From positions 5,881 through 39,350 of the forward strand of contig JAWBTQ010000007.1 of the NCBI GenBank assembly GCA_038841535.1: 33,470 nucleotides of DNA, read 5' to 3'. The notes beneath the pieces were generated by a model. It did not search any database, was not told the DNA's origin, and saw only the letters and a list, made by a program, of their open reading frames with translations. Source of the stretch: Sulfolobales archaeon. GTDB taxonomy: Archaea; Thermoproteota; Thermoprotei_A; Sulfolobales; NBVN01. Below are positions 8,371 to 17,034 of the stretch, piece by piece. The position numbers and the translations under genes are program-made. Position 1 is the first letter of the stretch. Every line of letters starts with the position of its first letter.

Positions 8371-8612
8371 GTTTCGGGTTTCGTGATGGTTTATGTTGCT
8401 TGATAGATGCTGCGGAAACTCTTATGAGTGTTTCCGCATGGGTCGGTGTGTGGAGGCTACTCGATGAGGGAGCGAGAGCCATGTAGATGAGGCGCGGGGT
8501 CGCCCCGAACTTCCCTGAGCCCGATGAGGCCCCGAGCGGAATGCGGGGGAACAGAGATAAGGCAATGACATCACATTAATATGAACCAACACGAGAGCTG
8601 AACCCCAGCTCT
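8371..8612 (+). mobile_element. Putative non-autonomous IS200/IS605/IS607-derived (TnpB-tail/omegaRNA-like) MITE-like structured element
   Basis: Imperfect terminal inverted repeats at 8371-8397 and 8578-8604 (20/27 identical); 9-bp hairpin 8411-8438; GC-rich core with repeated GATGAG and CTGA; terminal hairpin AGAGCTG/CAGCTCT (8594-8612). Residual frame MRRGVAPNFPEPDEAPSGMRGNRDKAMTSH* then MNQHES* resembles my recollection of crenarchaeal TnpB C-termini (not database-verified). Confidence 0.55.
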
Positions 8613-8796
8613 AATACCTTCTTATCTAATCTTTACCTCGCTTTAAAGAGAGAGGTCCGCAGCTGTAGTTAGAGTGTTGATGTACGTGGGAAAGGTGTGT
8701 TGTGTTCGCAAAACAGCCTCAGCTTATCGGTAGCGGGCTTATTAGTAAGTATTTAAGAACTATTAGAGTGATAGAGCACTAGAACACGCAGGTGTC

Positions 8797-10935
8797 ATGT
8801 TGCAACAGATCCTAGAGCCTATCTCGATGGTGGAGGATGCCTTAGATATGCCGGCACTCATCAAAGCTTTGAGAACATTAGGTATCGAAGCTCTTATGCC
8901 AGTTCAGGTTAAGGCTATTGAGTCAGGACTCCTGAAGTCTAACAATAACATCGTTGTAGTAGCTCCCACTGGAAGCGGTAAGACCTTAGTCGGTTACATG
9001 GCCATGATCAAAACCTTCTTTGAAAAGGGAATGGGCGTTTACCTTGTTCCATTAAAGAGTATTGCGTCCGAGAAGCTTGAGGACTTAGAGTTGGTCTGCG
9101 GAACTCTCGGGTGTAGAGCGTGCATTACTACTGGGGACTACGATAAACCGTCCGAGTGGCTTTCCGAGTGCGATTTCGTTGTAGCAACTTACGAAAGGTT
9201 TGATTCCCTACTCAGACTTAAGCCATTGTGGATCAGGAAGATAGGTACCGTGGTCTTGGACGAGCTCCATACTGTAGGAGATGATGAGAGAGGACACGTT
9301 GTAGAACTAGTTGGTGTGAGGTCACTACGTGAGGGGTATAGGATAATCGGTCTCAGCGCTGCTACTGGTAATTCTAGTGAACTAGCCGAATGGCTGAACG
9401 CTGACCTAGTTTATGATGATTGGCGTCCGGTAAGGCTAGTTGAAGGATATTATGACCGGAGCACTAGAGCAATAGTCTTTGATGACGGGAGGATCGAGAC
9501 AGTTAGAGGAGACCTTGAAGCACACGCACTAAGAGAAGCTTACGTTCAGAACTACCAAGTCCTTGTTTTTAAGCACTCAAGGCAGCAAGCGGAAAACCTC
9601 GCAAGAGTTTTAGCAGATTACTCACAAGAAAAGTGCCAAGACGTTCTAGAGGAGTTTCTGCGACGTGAGCCACCTAAGGTGGAGCTCGATAGCTCTAGAT
9701 ACATTCTCAGCAAGTGCGTTGCGTACCACCATGCTGGACTCTCCACCACTACTAGGAAGTTCGTTGAAGAGCTTTTTAGAAGCAGGAAGATAAGGGCTGT
9801 AGTGGCAACCCCTACACTAGCGGCAGGTGTGAACCTTCCAGCTAGAAGGGTTTTAGTTAGTGTAAAGAGATATGAAGAAGGCTACATGAGGGGGATCTCC
9901 GTTGCTGAATACAAACAGATGGCTGGTAGAGCCGGTAGACCAGGGCTAGATCCCTATGGAGAGGTCGTGATAACTGATGCTAAGAATAGAGAGGAGGTAT
10001 TCGGGTATATCAAGGGATCCCCGGAGCCAGCTACTTCAGTACTCTTATCGGATAGAGCTGTAAGAATACACACACTCTCGCTCCTATCTTCTCAGGACGC
10101 TGAAACTGTGGAAAAGCTCCTTAACTTACTCAAACTAACTCTAGCATTTAAGCAGGCGGGTTCTGCTCTCACAAGCAGGGTCAAGGGAGTCCTCAAGGAT
10201 TTAAATGAGTGGGAACTGATTTCTTGGGATGATGGAGTTCTTAAACCCACAAAGCTTGGGAAGACTGTCTCTGCTCTCTACATAGATCCCTTAACAGCTA
10301 AAATATTCGTCGAAAACCTCTCAAATGTAAAAAAAGCCTATGACATCTACTATTTAACGCTAATAGCTATCACTCCAGATTTTTCTAGGGTTAGATTAGG
10401 AAGCACTAAGTCTAAAGAGCTTTACACCACTATGGAGATTTTAATTGAGAGCGGAAATATACCAGCACCTCCTTGGATTAGCGAATACGACCTCCTTAGA
10501 GCTACGAAGGCTGGCTTGATACTGCGGGACTGGATAGAGGAGGTAAGCGAAGACACTATTGCTGAGAGATATGGAGTGGGGGTGGGAGATATAGCTGTCT
10601 TAGCAGATACAGCCCAGTGGTTACTGTACGCTTCTGGAGTAATATGTGGCACCATCGGCCTCAGCGAGCACGCCCATAAGTTAATGACTCTCAGCAAGAG
10701 AGTAGAGTCTGGAGTTAAAGATGATGCTCTGGACTTAGTCAGGGTGAGGTGGATTGGAAGAGTTAGATCCAGAAAGCTCATATTAGCTGACGTGAAAACC
10801 ATTGAAGACTTATCCAAAATGAACCCGGAGAAATTAGCGGAAATACTTGGTATTGGGCTATCTAGGGCAGAGGAGATACTTCTTGACGCCAAGAGGCTAC
10901 TATCTGAGAAAACTGAATTGAGGAAGCGTGTTTAA
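8797..10935 (+). CDS. hel308: Hel308 (Ski2-like) superfamily 2 DNA helicase
   Basis: APTGSGKT, DELH, LSA, HHAGL, TPTLAAGVNLPA and QMAGRAGR motifs; C-terminal HhH region. Confidence 0.93.
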   Translation: MLQQILEPISMVEDALDMPALIKALRTLGIEALMPVQVKAIESGLLKSNNNIVVVAPTGSGKTLVGYMAMIKTFFEKGMGVYLVPLKSIASEKLEDLELVCGTLGCRACITTGDYDKPSEWLSECDFVVATYERFDSLLRLKPLWIRKIGTVVLDELHTVGDDERGHVVELVGVRSLREGYRIIGLSAATGNSSELAEWLNADLVYDDWRPVRLVEGYYDRSTRAIVFDDGRIETVRGDLEAHALREAYVQNYQVLVFKHSRQQAENLARVLADYSQEKCQDVLEEFLRREPPKVELDSSRYILSKCVAYHHAGLSTTTRKFVEELFRSRKIRAVVATPTLAAGVNLPARRVLVSVKRYEEGYMRGISVAEYKQMAGRAGRPGLDPYGEVVITDAKNREEVFGYIKGSPEPATSVLLSDRAVRIHTLSLLSSQDAETVEKLLNLLKLTLAFKQAGSALTSRVKGVLKDLNEWELISWDDGVLKPTKLGKTVSALYIDPLTAKIFVENLSNVKKAYDIYYLTLIAITPDFSRVRLGSTKSKELYTTMEILIESGNIPAPPWISEYDLLRATKAGLILRDWIEEVSEDTIAERYGVGVGDIAVLADTAQWLLYASGVICGTIGLSEHAHKLMTLSKRVESGVKDDALDLVRVRWIGRVRSRKLILADVKTIEDLSKMNPEKLAEILGIGLSRAEEILLDAKRLLSEKTELRKRV

Positions 10936-10975
10936 ATATTATTAATTCAGATATGTTAATTGGGAGTAAAGGATA

Positions 10976-11701
10976 GTGGAGCCAGGGTTCTCGGTAGCAA
11001 ATAAAGACCTCAGGTATCATTCAGTAGAACTTCTAAGACTCTATAAAGGATTAATGAAGTATCGGGAAATCTCGGAACTTGTGGGGATTCCTCCTCCCGC
11101 TATATGGAGGTATATCACTCTCAAGATCATTCCAAGTTTCGAGAGAGCTGAAAGTATCGTTAGATTACTAACCTCAAGAGACGTAGTCTCGAACGTACTC
11201 AGAAAATACATTAGATTTAAAGATGGGGCTGTTGACACAAGCAGCGTTCTCGATAACGTTCTATTGCTTAAGATACTTGCGTACGTGGCTTTCTACAGCT
11301 TTAGCGATGTCGATACTGTTCTCACTGTAGAGTTGGATGGGGTGCCGATTGCGACTTTAGTTGCCGACCTCTTTAAATCGAAGCTGACTATCTCGCGAAA
11401 GGGAATACCGTTCACATCCGACTCAATATATGAAGCTGAATACGTATCCCGAGATCCACCCTCAATAGTGAGGCTATACGTGCCCTCATCTGGACTGAAA
11501 AAAGGTGAAAAAGTACTAATAGTCGATGACATCATAAGAAGCGGTAAGACTACGGCAACTCTAATAAAGCTAATAAAAAGCGTTGGCGGCGTGCTAACCG
11601 GGATATTCTCCCCGATATCTGTTGGACAGAAATGGCGCGAGACCTTGAGAGAACACTTAAGTAGAGTGGTTACGGTACTAGAAATTGAGGAATTAGGCTA
11701 A
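10976..11701 (+). CDS. HTH-fused phosphoribosyltransferase-domain protein (PurR-like regulator or purine PRTase)
   Basis: N-terminal HTH (YREISELVGIPPPAIWRY) and PRPP-binding loop LIVDDIIRSGKT. Confidence 0.82.
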   Translation: MEPGFSVANKDLRYHSVELLRLYKGLMKYREISELVGIPPPAIWRYITLKIIPSFERAESIVRLLTSRDVVSNVLRKYIRFKDGAVDTSSVLDNVLLLKILAYVAFYSFSDVDTVLTVELDGVPIATLVADLFKSKLTISRKGIPFTSDSIYEAEYVSRDPPSIVRLYVPSSGLKKGEKVLIVDDIIRSGKTTATLIKLIKSVGGVLTGIFSPISVGQKWRETLREHLSRVVTVLEIEELG

Positions 11702-12546
11702 TGGAATTGCGTAGCCTGTGGTACTCGGTTGCGAGGTCATTTGCGTCTGCTTTCGTAATCGAAGTAATTTCACCAAAAATAAGTGGAGTTACAGCTACGG
11801 AGACCTTGAAAGGCTTGAGCCCAACTCAGTTTGTCCATAGTTCTTTCTACATATATAGCTCAATAGCGAGCATGCCTTCCTATGGGGGTTGCGTACCTAT
11901 CGGGAAAAACCTAGTTATCATCATGAACGGCATCTTAAGAAACCCAGTTATTAATACTAATACTTGCCTAGGCTATGGATTAGTGGCTTTGTCTCTTGCT
12001 TCATCTATTCTCTACTCACTTAAAGCAAGAGAGTGCGATTCTCTTGAGGATTGCGTTTTGAGAGGATACGATGAATTTAAGTACTGCATGACGAAAGAAC
12101 CCCCGGGTGACTTGATAAGGTCTATAGAACTGGCTAGCCCGAGCTATCATGGGCTATACTATTCGCCGAAGTCTCCAAATAACGTGTTTGAACTACTACT
12201 TGAATCAGCTATCTGGGATCTAGTAGCTTACAATATAGTCAATAAGTTCTCTGTAACTCTAGATCTGTATAACTCCACTAAATCTGTGGTTGCTAATGAT
12301 TTGCTGAGATACGCCAGCGAGCTTTATAGATATGCCGCAAGTAAGTACTTCGATAGTATATCGTTTAAGTCGGGAGGCATCATGCTCTCTAGACTAGTGC
12401 GGGAAGTTGCTTCTAAATCTTCAACAAGCTTCTACGATGCACGTGATGTGTTAGTAAATAAGGTCGGCGTAAATCTCGGGTCTATTTCAGATTTAGTTGC
12501 GTCGTCTATAGCCTTAGTCCTCTTGAGGATGGAATGGGGAGTTTAG
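11701..12546 (+). CDS. Divergent CitG/MdcB-like (triphosphoribosyl-dephospho-CoA synthase family) protein
   Basis: IEVISPKISGV resembles E..PKPG.V, NTNTCLG resembles NTNLG, and VNLGSISDLVAS resembles NPG.TADL.A. Confidence 0.62.
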   Translation: MELRSLWYSVARSFASAFVIEVISPKISGVTATETLKGLSPTQFVHSSFYIYSSIASMPSYGGCVPIGKNLVIIMNGILRNPVINTNTCLGYGLVALSLASSILYSLKARECDSLEDCVLRGYDEFKYCMTKEPPGDLIRSIELASPSYHGLYYSPKSPNNVFELLLESAIWDLVAYNIVNKFSVTLDLYNSTKSVVANDLLRYASELYRYAASKYFDSISFKSGGIMLSRLVREVASKSSTSFYDARDVLVNKVGVNLGSISDLVASSIALVLLRMEWGV

Positions 12547-12547
12547 T

Positions 12548-13135
12548 ATGATACTAGCTACTTCAAGAATAACCCACCCCTATTACTTGGATTACGTAGT
12601 TAAGATCGCTAAGTACTCTGAAGTTGATACGCTACTACTTTGCGGTGATGTTAATATTAACGAGAGCTTCATAAAGGAGTTCTCTCACATTAATCTACTA
12701 ATGGTTTCTGGTGACGAAGATGACATACACGTCATTAAATTAGCCAAGAAATACAACATTCTCTTAGATGGTAAAGTAGTGGAGGTAGCTGGCGTTAGAA
12801 TTGGTGGGGTTGGAACTATTAACACCTTCCTAGATTACACTGCCCTAATGTCTAATGCGGGAAAAGTCGATGTCTTACTGACGCATTTCCCACCATACGG
12901 ATGCCTGGATAAAGTACCTCCTCTCTATATACCTTCAGGACTTAAATCTCTACGTATTCTAATAGAAGCCATAAAACCATCAGTAGTTTTTGTTGGTCAC
13001 TCTTCTAAGCCTGCCGTAGAGTACTGCAGAGGCATACCTGTTATCGGTGTAACCAGCTTTCTAGCACTTGCTGATTCCATTAAGCCTCATAAGATAAGGT
13101 TTATACCAGTAAGCCGAAGTTTTAGTCTAGGATAA
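12548..13135 (+). CDS. Calcineurin-like metallophosphoesterase family protein (degenerate motifs)
   Basis: LLLCGD, VSGDED, LLTHFPPYG.LD and VFVGH follow the Icc-like motif order. Confidence 0.72.
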   Translation: MILATSRITHPYYLDYVVKIAKYSEVDTLLLCGDVNINESFIKEFSHINLLMVSGDEDDIHVIKLAKKYNILLDGKVVEVAGVRIGGVGTINTFLDYTALMSNAGKVDVLLTHFPPYGCLDKVPPLYIPSGLKSLRILIEAIKPSVVFVGHSSKPAVEYCRGIPVIGVTSFLALADSIKPHKIRFIPVSRSFSLG

Positions 13136-13139
13136 GGTC

Positions 13140-14309
13140 GTGAGTCGTCAATCTAGTGATTGTAGAATTGGGTTCTTAGTTAACCCCATAGCCGGTATGG
13201 GCGGAGCTGTCGGCCTTAAGGGAACAGATGGAAAGCTGTATTATGAGGCATTAAAGAGAGGGGCTAAACCGGTTGCTCCAGCTAGAGCTATTAGATTTCT
13301 TGCTAGATTTAGAGAAACTTGCTCTAGCTGTGCGGAGCTACTAATAGCTGGTGGCACAATGGGCTGTGATTATGCTTCTACTGCTGGTCTAAGTGAGTTC
13401 ACCTGCCTAGATATACCGACTTCAGATACAACAACAAGAGAAGACACAACGCTAGTTGTAAAAGAGTTTCTTCGACTTAAAGTAGGTGCTATAGTCTTTG
13501 TTGGAGGAGACGGCACAGCACGCGATGTCTTTGAAGCTAGTGGCGGGTCACTGCCTGCTCTCGGAGTTCCCTCGGGAGTTAAGGTATACTCCTCAGTCTT
13601 TGCTGTTTCACCCGAAGCCGCTGCTGACATAGTTTCAGACTACTGCAGAGGTGAGGGATACATCGACGTAGGTGATGTAGTAGACGTAAACGAGGAAGCT
13701 GTACAGAGAGACGTTTTGGTGTTAAAACCCCTTGGAAGAATGCCTACACTATCCTCTGGGAACTTAAGAGTTCACACCAAAGAGTTTGGAAGTTCTGAAG
13801 ATATTGAAGGTCTTGCTGAGTATTTCGTGTCAGAAGTTTACAGACATGGGGTTCTTTACATACTCGGACCTGGCTCTACTACAAGAGCTATCGCCACGAA
13901 GCTGGGCATAGAGAAAACTCTCTTAGGCTTTGACGCCGTGTTTGACGATAAAATCGTTGGTAAAGACTTATCAGCGAGTGATATAAAGAGGCTCATAGGA
14001 GTGTTTAAGGACGTTTACGTAGTTCTCTCAGTTATAGGTGGTCAGGGATACCTCATAGGCCGGGGAAACCAGCAGCTAACGCCCGAGGTACTGAAGTTGC
14101 TAGGTAAAGACAGAATAATAGTGGTTAGCTCGAGGAGTAAGCTGAGTCAAATCAGGTACTTACTTATAGATAGTGGCGATATCGAAGTAGACAAAGAGCT
14201 TTCTGGGTTTTACAGAGTTATTACTGGGTTCGGGGAGATGTACGTAATTAAAGCCCTACCGGCTTCGGACCCGAAAGCATTAAGGCTTCACTCGCTACGG
14301 GAGCAGTAA
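13140..14309 (+). CDS. ATP-NAD kinase / AcoX-like family protein
   Basis: Motifs GFLVNPIAGMGG.VGLKGTDG, GGDGTARD, GVPSGVKVYS, GPGST and GGQG..IGRGNQQ. Confidence 0.85.
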   Translation: MSRQSSDCRIGFLVNPIAGMGGAVGLKGTDGKLYYEALKRGAKPVAPARAIRFLARFRETCSSCAELLIAGGTMGCDYASTAGLSEFTCLDIPTSDTTTREDTTLVVKEFLRLKVGAIVFVGGDGTARDVFEASGGSLPALGVPSGVKVYSSVFAVSPEAAADIVSDYCRGEGYIDVGDVVDVNEEAVQRDVLVLKPLGRMPTLSSGNLRVHTKEFGSSEDIEGLAEYFVSEVYRHGVLYILGPGSTTRAIATKLGIEKTLLGFDAVFDDKIVGKDLSASDIKRLIGVFKDVYVVLSVIGGQGYLIGRGNQQLTPEVLKLLGKDRIIVVSSRSKLSQIRYLLIDSGDIEVDKELSGFYRVITGFGEMYVIKALPASDPKALRLHSLREQ

Positions 14310-14318
14310 TGAGATTAT

Positions 14319-14786
14319 CTACGAGTCCCATACGGGGGGCTCCATAACGAACTTCCGCTTACTCTTCCACCAAATAATGTACTTTACCCCGCTCTCCTTT
14401 AGGGTTTTAGCGAGTCTTCTATCTGTTGTTGCTACTATTACCTCGAAGCTCCTAGCTGTTCGAGAATATTCCAGGATGCACTCATCAGTTCTAGAGCAGC
14501 CGGAGAACTCGATTAAGCCTATAGCGATATCTTGTTTGCTTAGTCTAGCTAAAGCCAGTCTAGCGGCTACTCCCTTACGTCCTCTTCCCTTAGCCAACCT
14601 GTTTAGCTCCTGAACAACGCTTGTCAGTAGCGAAACCCGGATGTCCGGGCAGTAATTCTTGAGAATCACTATTGCCTCTGACACGGGATCTACTCCATAG
14701 GTAATCAGTAGGAGCGCGCTTGTGTCTAGAACTAGCTCACACGAGCGGTGTGCTAAACTAATCTCTAACAACGCCCCAACCGACAA
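14319..14786 (-). CDS. PIN-domain ribonuclease (Fcf1/Utp24-like)
   Basis: VLDTSALL, VVQEL, TDECIL and VATTD..L motifs; typical position downstream of aIF2-gamma. Confidence 0.82.
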   Translation of the reverse strand: MSVGALLEISLAHRSCELVLDTSALLLITYGVDPVSEAIVILKNYCPDIRVSLLTSVVQELNRLAKGRGRKGVAARLALARLSKQDIAIGLIEFSGCSRTDECILEYSRTARSFEVIVATTDRRLAKTLKESGVKYIIWWKSKRKFVMEPPVWDS

Positions 14787-15990
14787 GTCTCCATCTATTC
14801 ATGACGTTTCTACTTATAGCGATTTTCATTCCCTTCCATATGATAACGGGCTTATCTACAAGCTCGACCTCAAACCAGTCACTTGCGAGCCTCTTTATGA
14901 CGGCCATGGCTATGGCTGTTCCAGCAGTTACTATGAGTCTCTCACCTACCTTCAGGGGAGGGACCTTCTGAAGTTCCTTTGTTCCAACTACTCTCTCGAA
15001 TAGAGAGTAATCTGCTGAGAAGTGTGTCCTTGGATGTGGCAGTTGGTCAGCGAGCCCTACAACAGACCCTACTAGTTTATCGGCCTTAGTTAGGGAGGGA
15101 TCGAGGGCGGTCCCCATAGCTACAAGTCCACCTGGTCCCGCTTTCTCATAAGACCTCTCACCGAACCTTATGCTCTCTATTTTTGTATAGAGCTTCCTAT
15201 AAACAGTCTTCCCGCCTTCCACTGCCTTTACTCCAGGGCTTATCTCGATCTCGTCACCTACTCTAAAGATTCCCTTTACCACTGACCCCCCTATAACTCC
15301 ACCTACCAGCTTCTCTGGAGGTGTACCCGGTTTATTAACATCAAAAGACCTCGCAATGAACATTAGTGGTTTAGCTGTTACGTCACGTTCGGGGGTTTTA
15401 AAAAAGTGCTCTACTGCTGACAACAGTACATCAATATTTGCTCCGTGAAGAGCGCTGACGGGAATTATTGGAGCTTCCTCCGCAAAAGTACCTGAAAGAA
15501 ACGCTTTGATTTCTTCGTAATTCTTTCTGGCTTGCTCTTTACTCACGACGTCAACTTTGTTTTGTACTACTATGACTTTCTTTACACCTATCACCTCTAG
15601 CGCCATAAAGTGCTCTCTTGTCTGAGGCTGCGGGCATGGTTCATTAGCAGCTACTACAAGAAGAGCACTATCCATTATGGCGGCACCAGAAAGCATGTTA
15701 GCCATCAAAACCTCGTGTCCAGGTGAATCTACAAAAGATATGCTTCTTCTGTAAGCCGCGTTTGAGCACTCTAGAGGGTCTGTTACATACCTCTCGTAAA
15801 CCGGTCTGTCAGGACACTCATAAACATCCGTGTCGGCATATCCGAGCTTTATAGTCATCGACCTCAGTAGCTCCTCCGAGTGCTTAGATGTCCAAATACC
15901 TGTAATAGCCTGTACTAGTGTTGTTTTACCGTGATCTACGTGACCCACAACACCAATATTTATTTCCGGCTGCTTGAGCTCTGACTCCAT
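14758..15990 (-). CDS. eif2g: Translation initiation factor 2 gamma subunit
   Basis: QPEINIGVVGHVDHGKTT, HSEE, TIKLGY, DSPGHE, PCPQPQTREH, NKVD and RWRLVGWG. Confidence 0.97.
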   Translation of the reverse strand: MESELKQPEINIGVVGHVDHGKTTLVQAITGIWTSKHSEELLRSMTIKLGYADTDVYECPDRPVYERYVTDPLECSNAAYRRSISFVDSPGHEVLMANMLSGAAIMDSALLVVAANEPCPQPQTREHFMALEVIGVKKVIVVQNKVDVVSKEQARKNYEEIKAFLSGTFAEEAPIIPVSALHGANIDVLLSAVEHFFKTPERDVTAKPLMFIARSFDVNKPGTPPEKLVGGVIGGSVVKGIFRVGDEIEISPGVKAVEGGKTVYRKLYTKIESIRFGERSYEKAGPGGLVAMGTALDPSLTKADKLVGSVVGLADQLPHPRTHFSADYSLFERVVGTKELQKVPPLKVGERLIVTAGTAIAMAVIKRLASDWFEVELVDKPVIIWKGMKIAISRNVMNRWRLVGWGVVRD

Positions 15991-15993
15991 AGG

Positions 15994-16701
15994 TCACCCT
16001 CGCAGTTCATCGCTAGTAAACCTATCGAGAAACACTACCTCCTTTAAGTTTTTAACGTGCTTGAGTATGTCGTAAGCAGCTAGAGCCTTTGAGTACTGTA
16101 TATCCCTCCCCACTCTGAACTCTCTAGGTAGCTCAACGACGGCTCTACTCTGCTCCTCTATCCCAACCTTGACTTCATCAAGCTTTACGCCCCTAACCCT
16201 TCTCTTAACCAAGTACTTTACGGCCTCAATGGGATCGTCAACTACCTTAACGACACGTATCTTCAGCTTTAAAGTCTTTCCCGCGAGCGGGTGATTAAAG
16301 TCTACAATAACTCTTCCACCTTCTACAGCTAGAATCCTCCCGATATCGTCATTAATCCTTACTTCCTTACCAACTTCGGGTCTAATGTTCTGCTTCTCAA
16401 AAACCCTCCTGGGATAAGTCTTTACCTTAGTCGGGTCTCTAAAACCATATCCTTTTTCAGGAGGTATTTCGAACTCCTTTTCTATTCCTATATCGCAGTT
16501 CTCTAGAGATTCCTCAAAGCCTTGAAAAAATCTTCCTTCTCCAACAACTACTACCTCTGGTTCGTATAGAGCTCCTTCAACATACTTTTTATAGAGTTTT
16601 GCTTCAACTTCAGATGTAGTGTCAATAAGTTCTCCGGTGTCTTTTACGTAAAGCGAGTACTCGACTACAGCTACTTGCCCCTTTCCTATCACGTACCTCA
16701 C
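15994..16701 (-). CDS. Long FKBP-type peptidyl-prolyl isomerase (SlyD-like)
   Basis: GELIDTT, EIPPEKGYG.RDP and VDFNHPLAGKTL, plus the archaeal C-terminal extension. Confidence 0.92.
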   Translation of the reverse strand: MRYVIGKGQVAVVEYSLYVKDTGELIDTTSEVEAKLYKKYVEGALYEPEVVVVGEGRFFQGFEESLENCDIGIEKEFEIPPEKGYGFRDPTKVKTYPRRVFEKQNIRPEVGKEVRINDDIGRILAVEGGRVIVDFNHPLAGKTLKLKIRVVKVVDDPIEAVKYLVKRRVRGVKLDEVKVGIEEQSRAVVELPREFRVGRDIQYSKALAAYDILKHVKNLKEVVFLDRFTSDELRG

Positions 16702-17000
16702 CTTAGATTAATTTCCTGAGGCACCTTAAAAGCAACTTTAACACAACCAATCAAGTAAACGCTAACTACCGAGAACTTCCACTCAGTTGCCTAGGTAGTA
16801 ATTAGTAAGAAATGAGAGAGGGGTTTTTAACTAGTGAGGCGTCATAAGCGTGGTTCGTTCATGCGCCATTAGTTGTTCCACCTCAACCTATTCATGCCTT
16901 CACACGAGTATGTGAACTAGATCTAGTAATGTGGGTGCTACCCACAAAGAAAGTATAAGCATCAAGTACGTTACACCCCCTACTAGGAAGTCTCGACAGT

Positions 17001-17012
17001 AAAGTCTATAAA
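17001..17012 (+). promoter_or_regulatory. Putative BRE/TATA promoter of tRNA-Ser
   Basis: AAAGTC-TATAAA, with TATAAA at 17007-17012, 23-28 nt upstream of the tRNA. Confidence 0.55.
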
Positions 17013-17034
17013 CCCTTTTACTACATCTAAATTA

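Noticed and set aside
8505-8560. Hammerhead ribozyme
   Set aside because: Lacks a contiguous CUGANGA core and a correctly placed GAAA.
8400-8745. RNase P, SRP or 5S RNA identity for the structured intergenic region (GCGGAAACTC; AAACAGCCTCAGCTTA)
   Set aside because: No complementary P4 pseudoknot strands, no SRP helix-8 motif and no 5S consensus could be found.
16702-17034. Hidden small gene in the 330-bp gap between FKBP and tRNA-Ser
   Set aside because: No convincing ORF or stable structure seen by eye.
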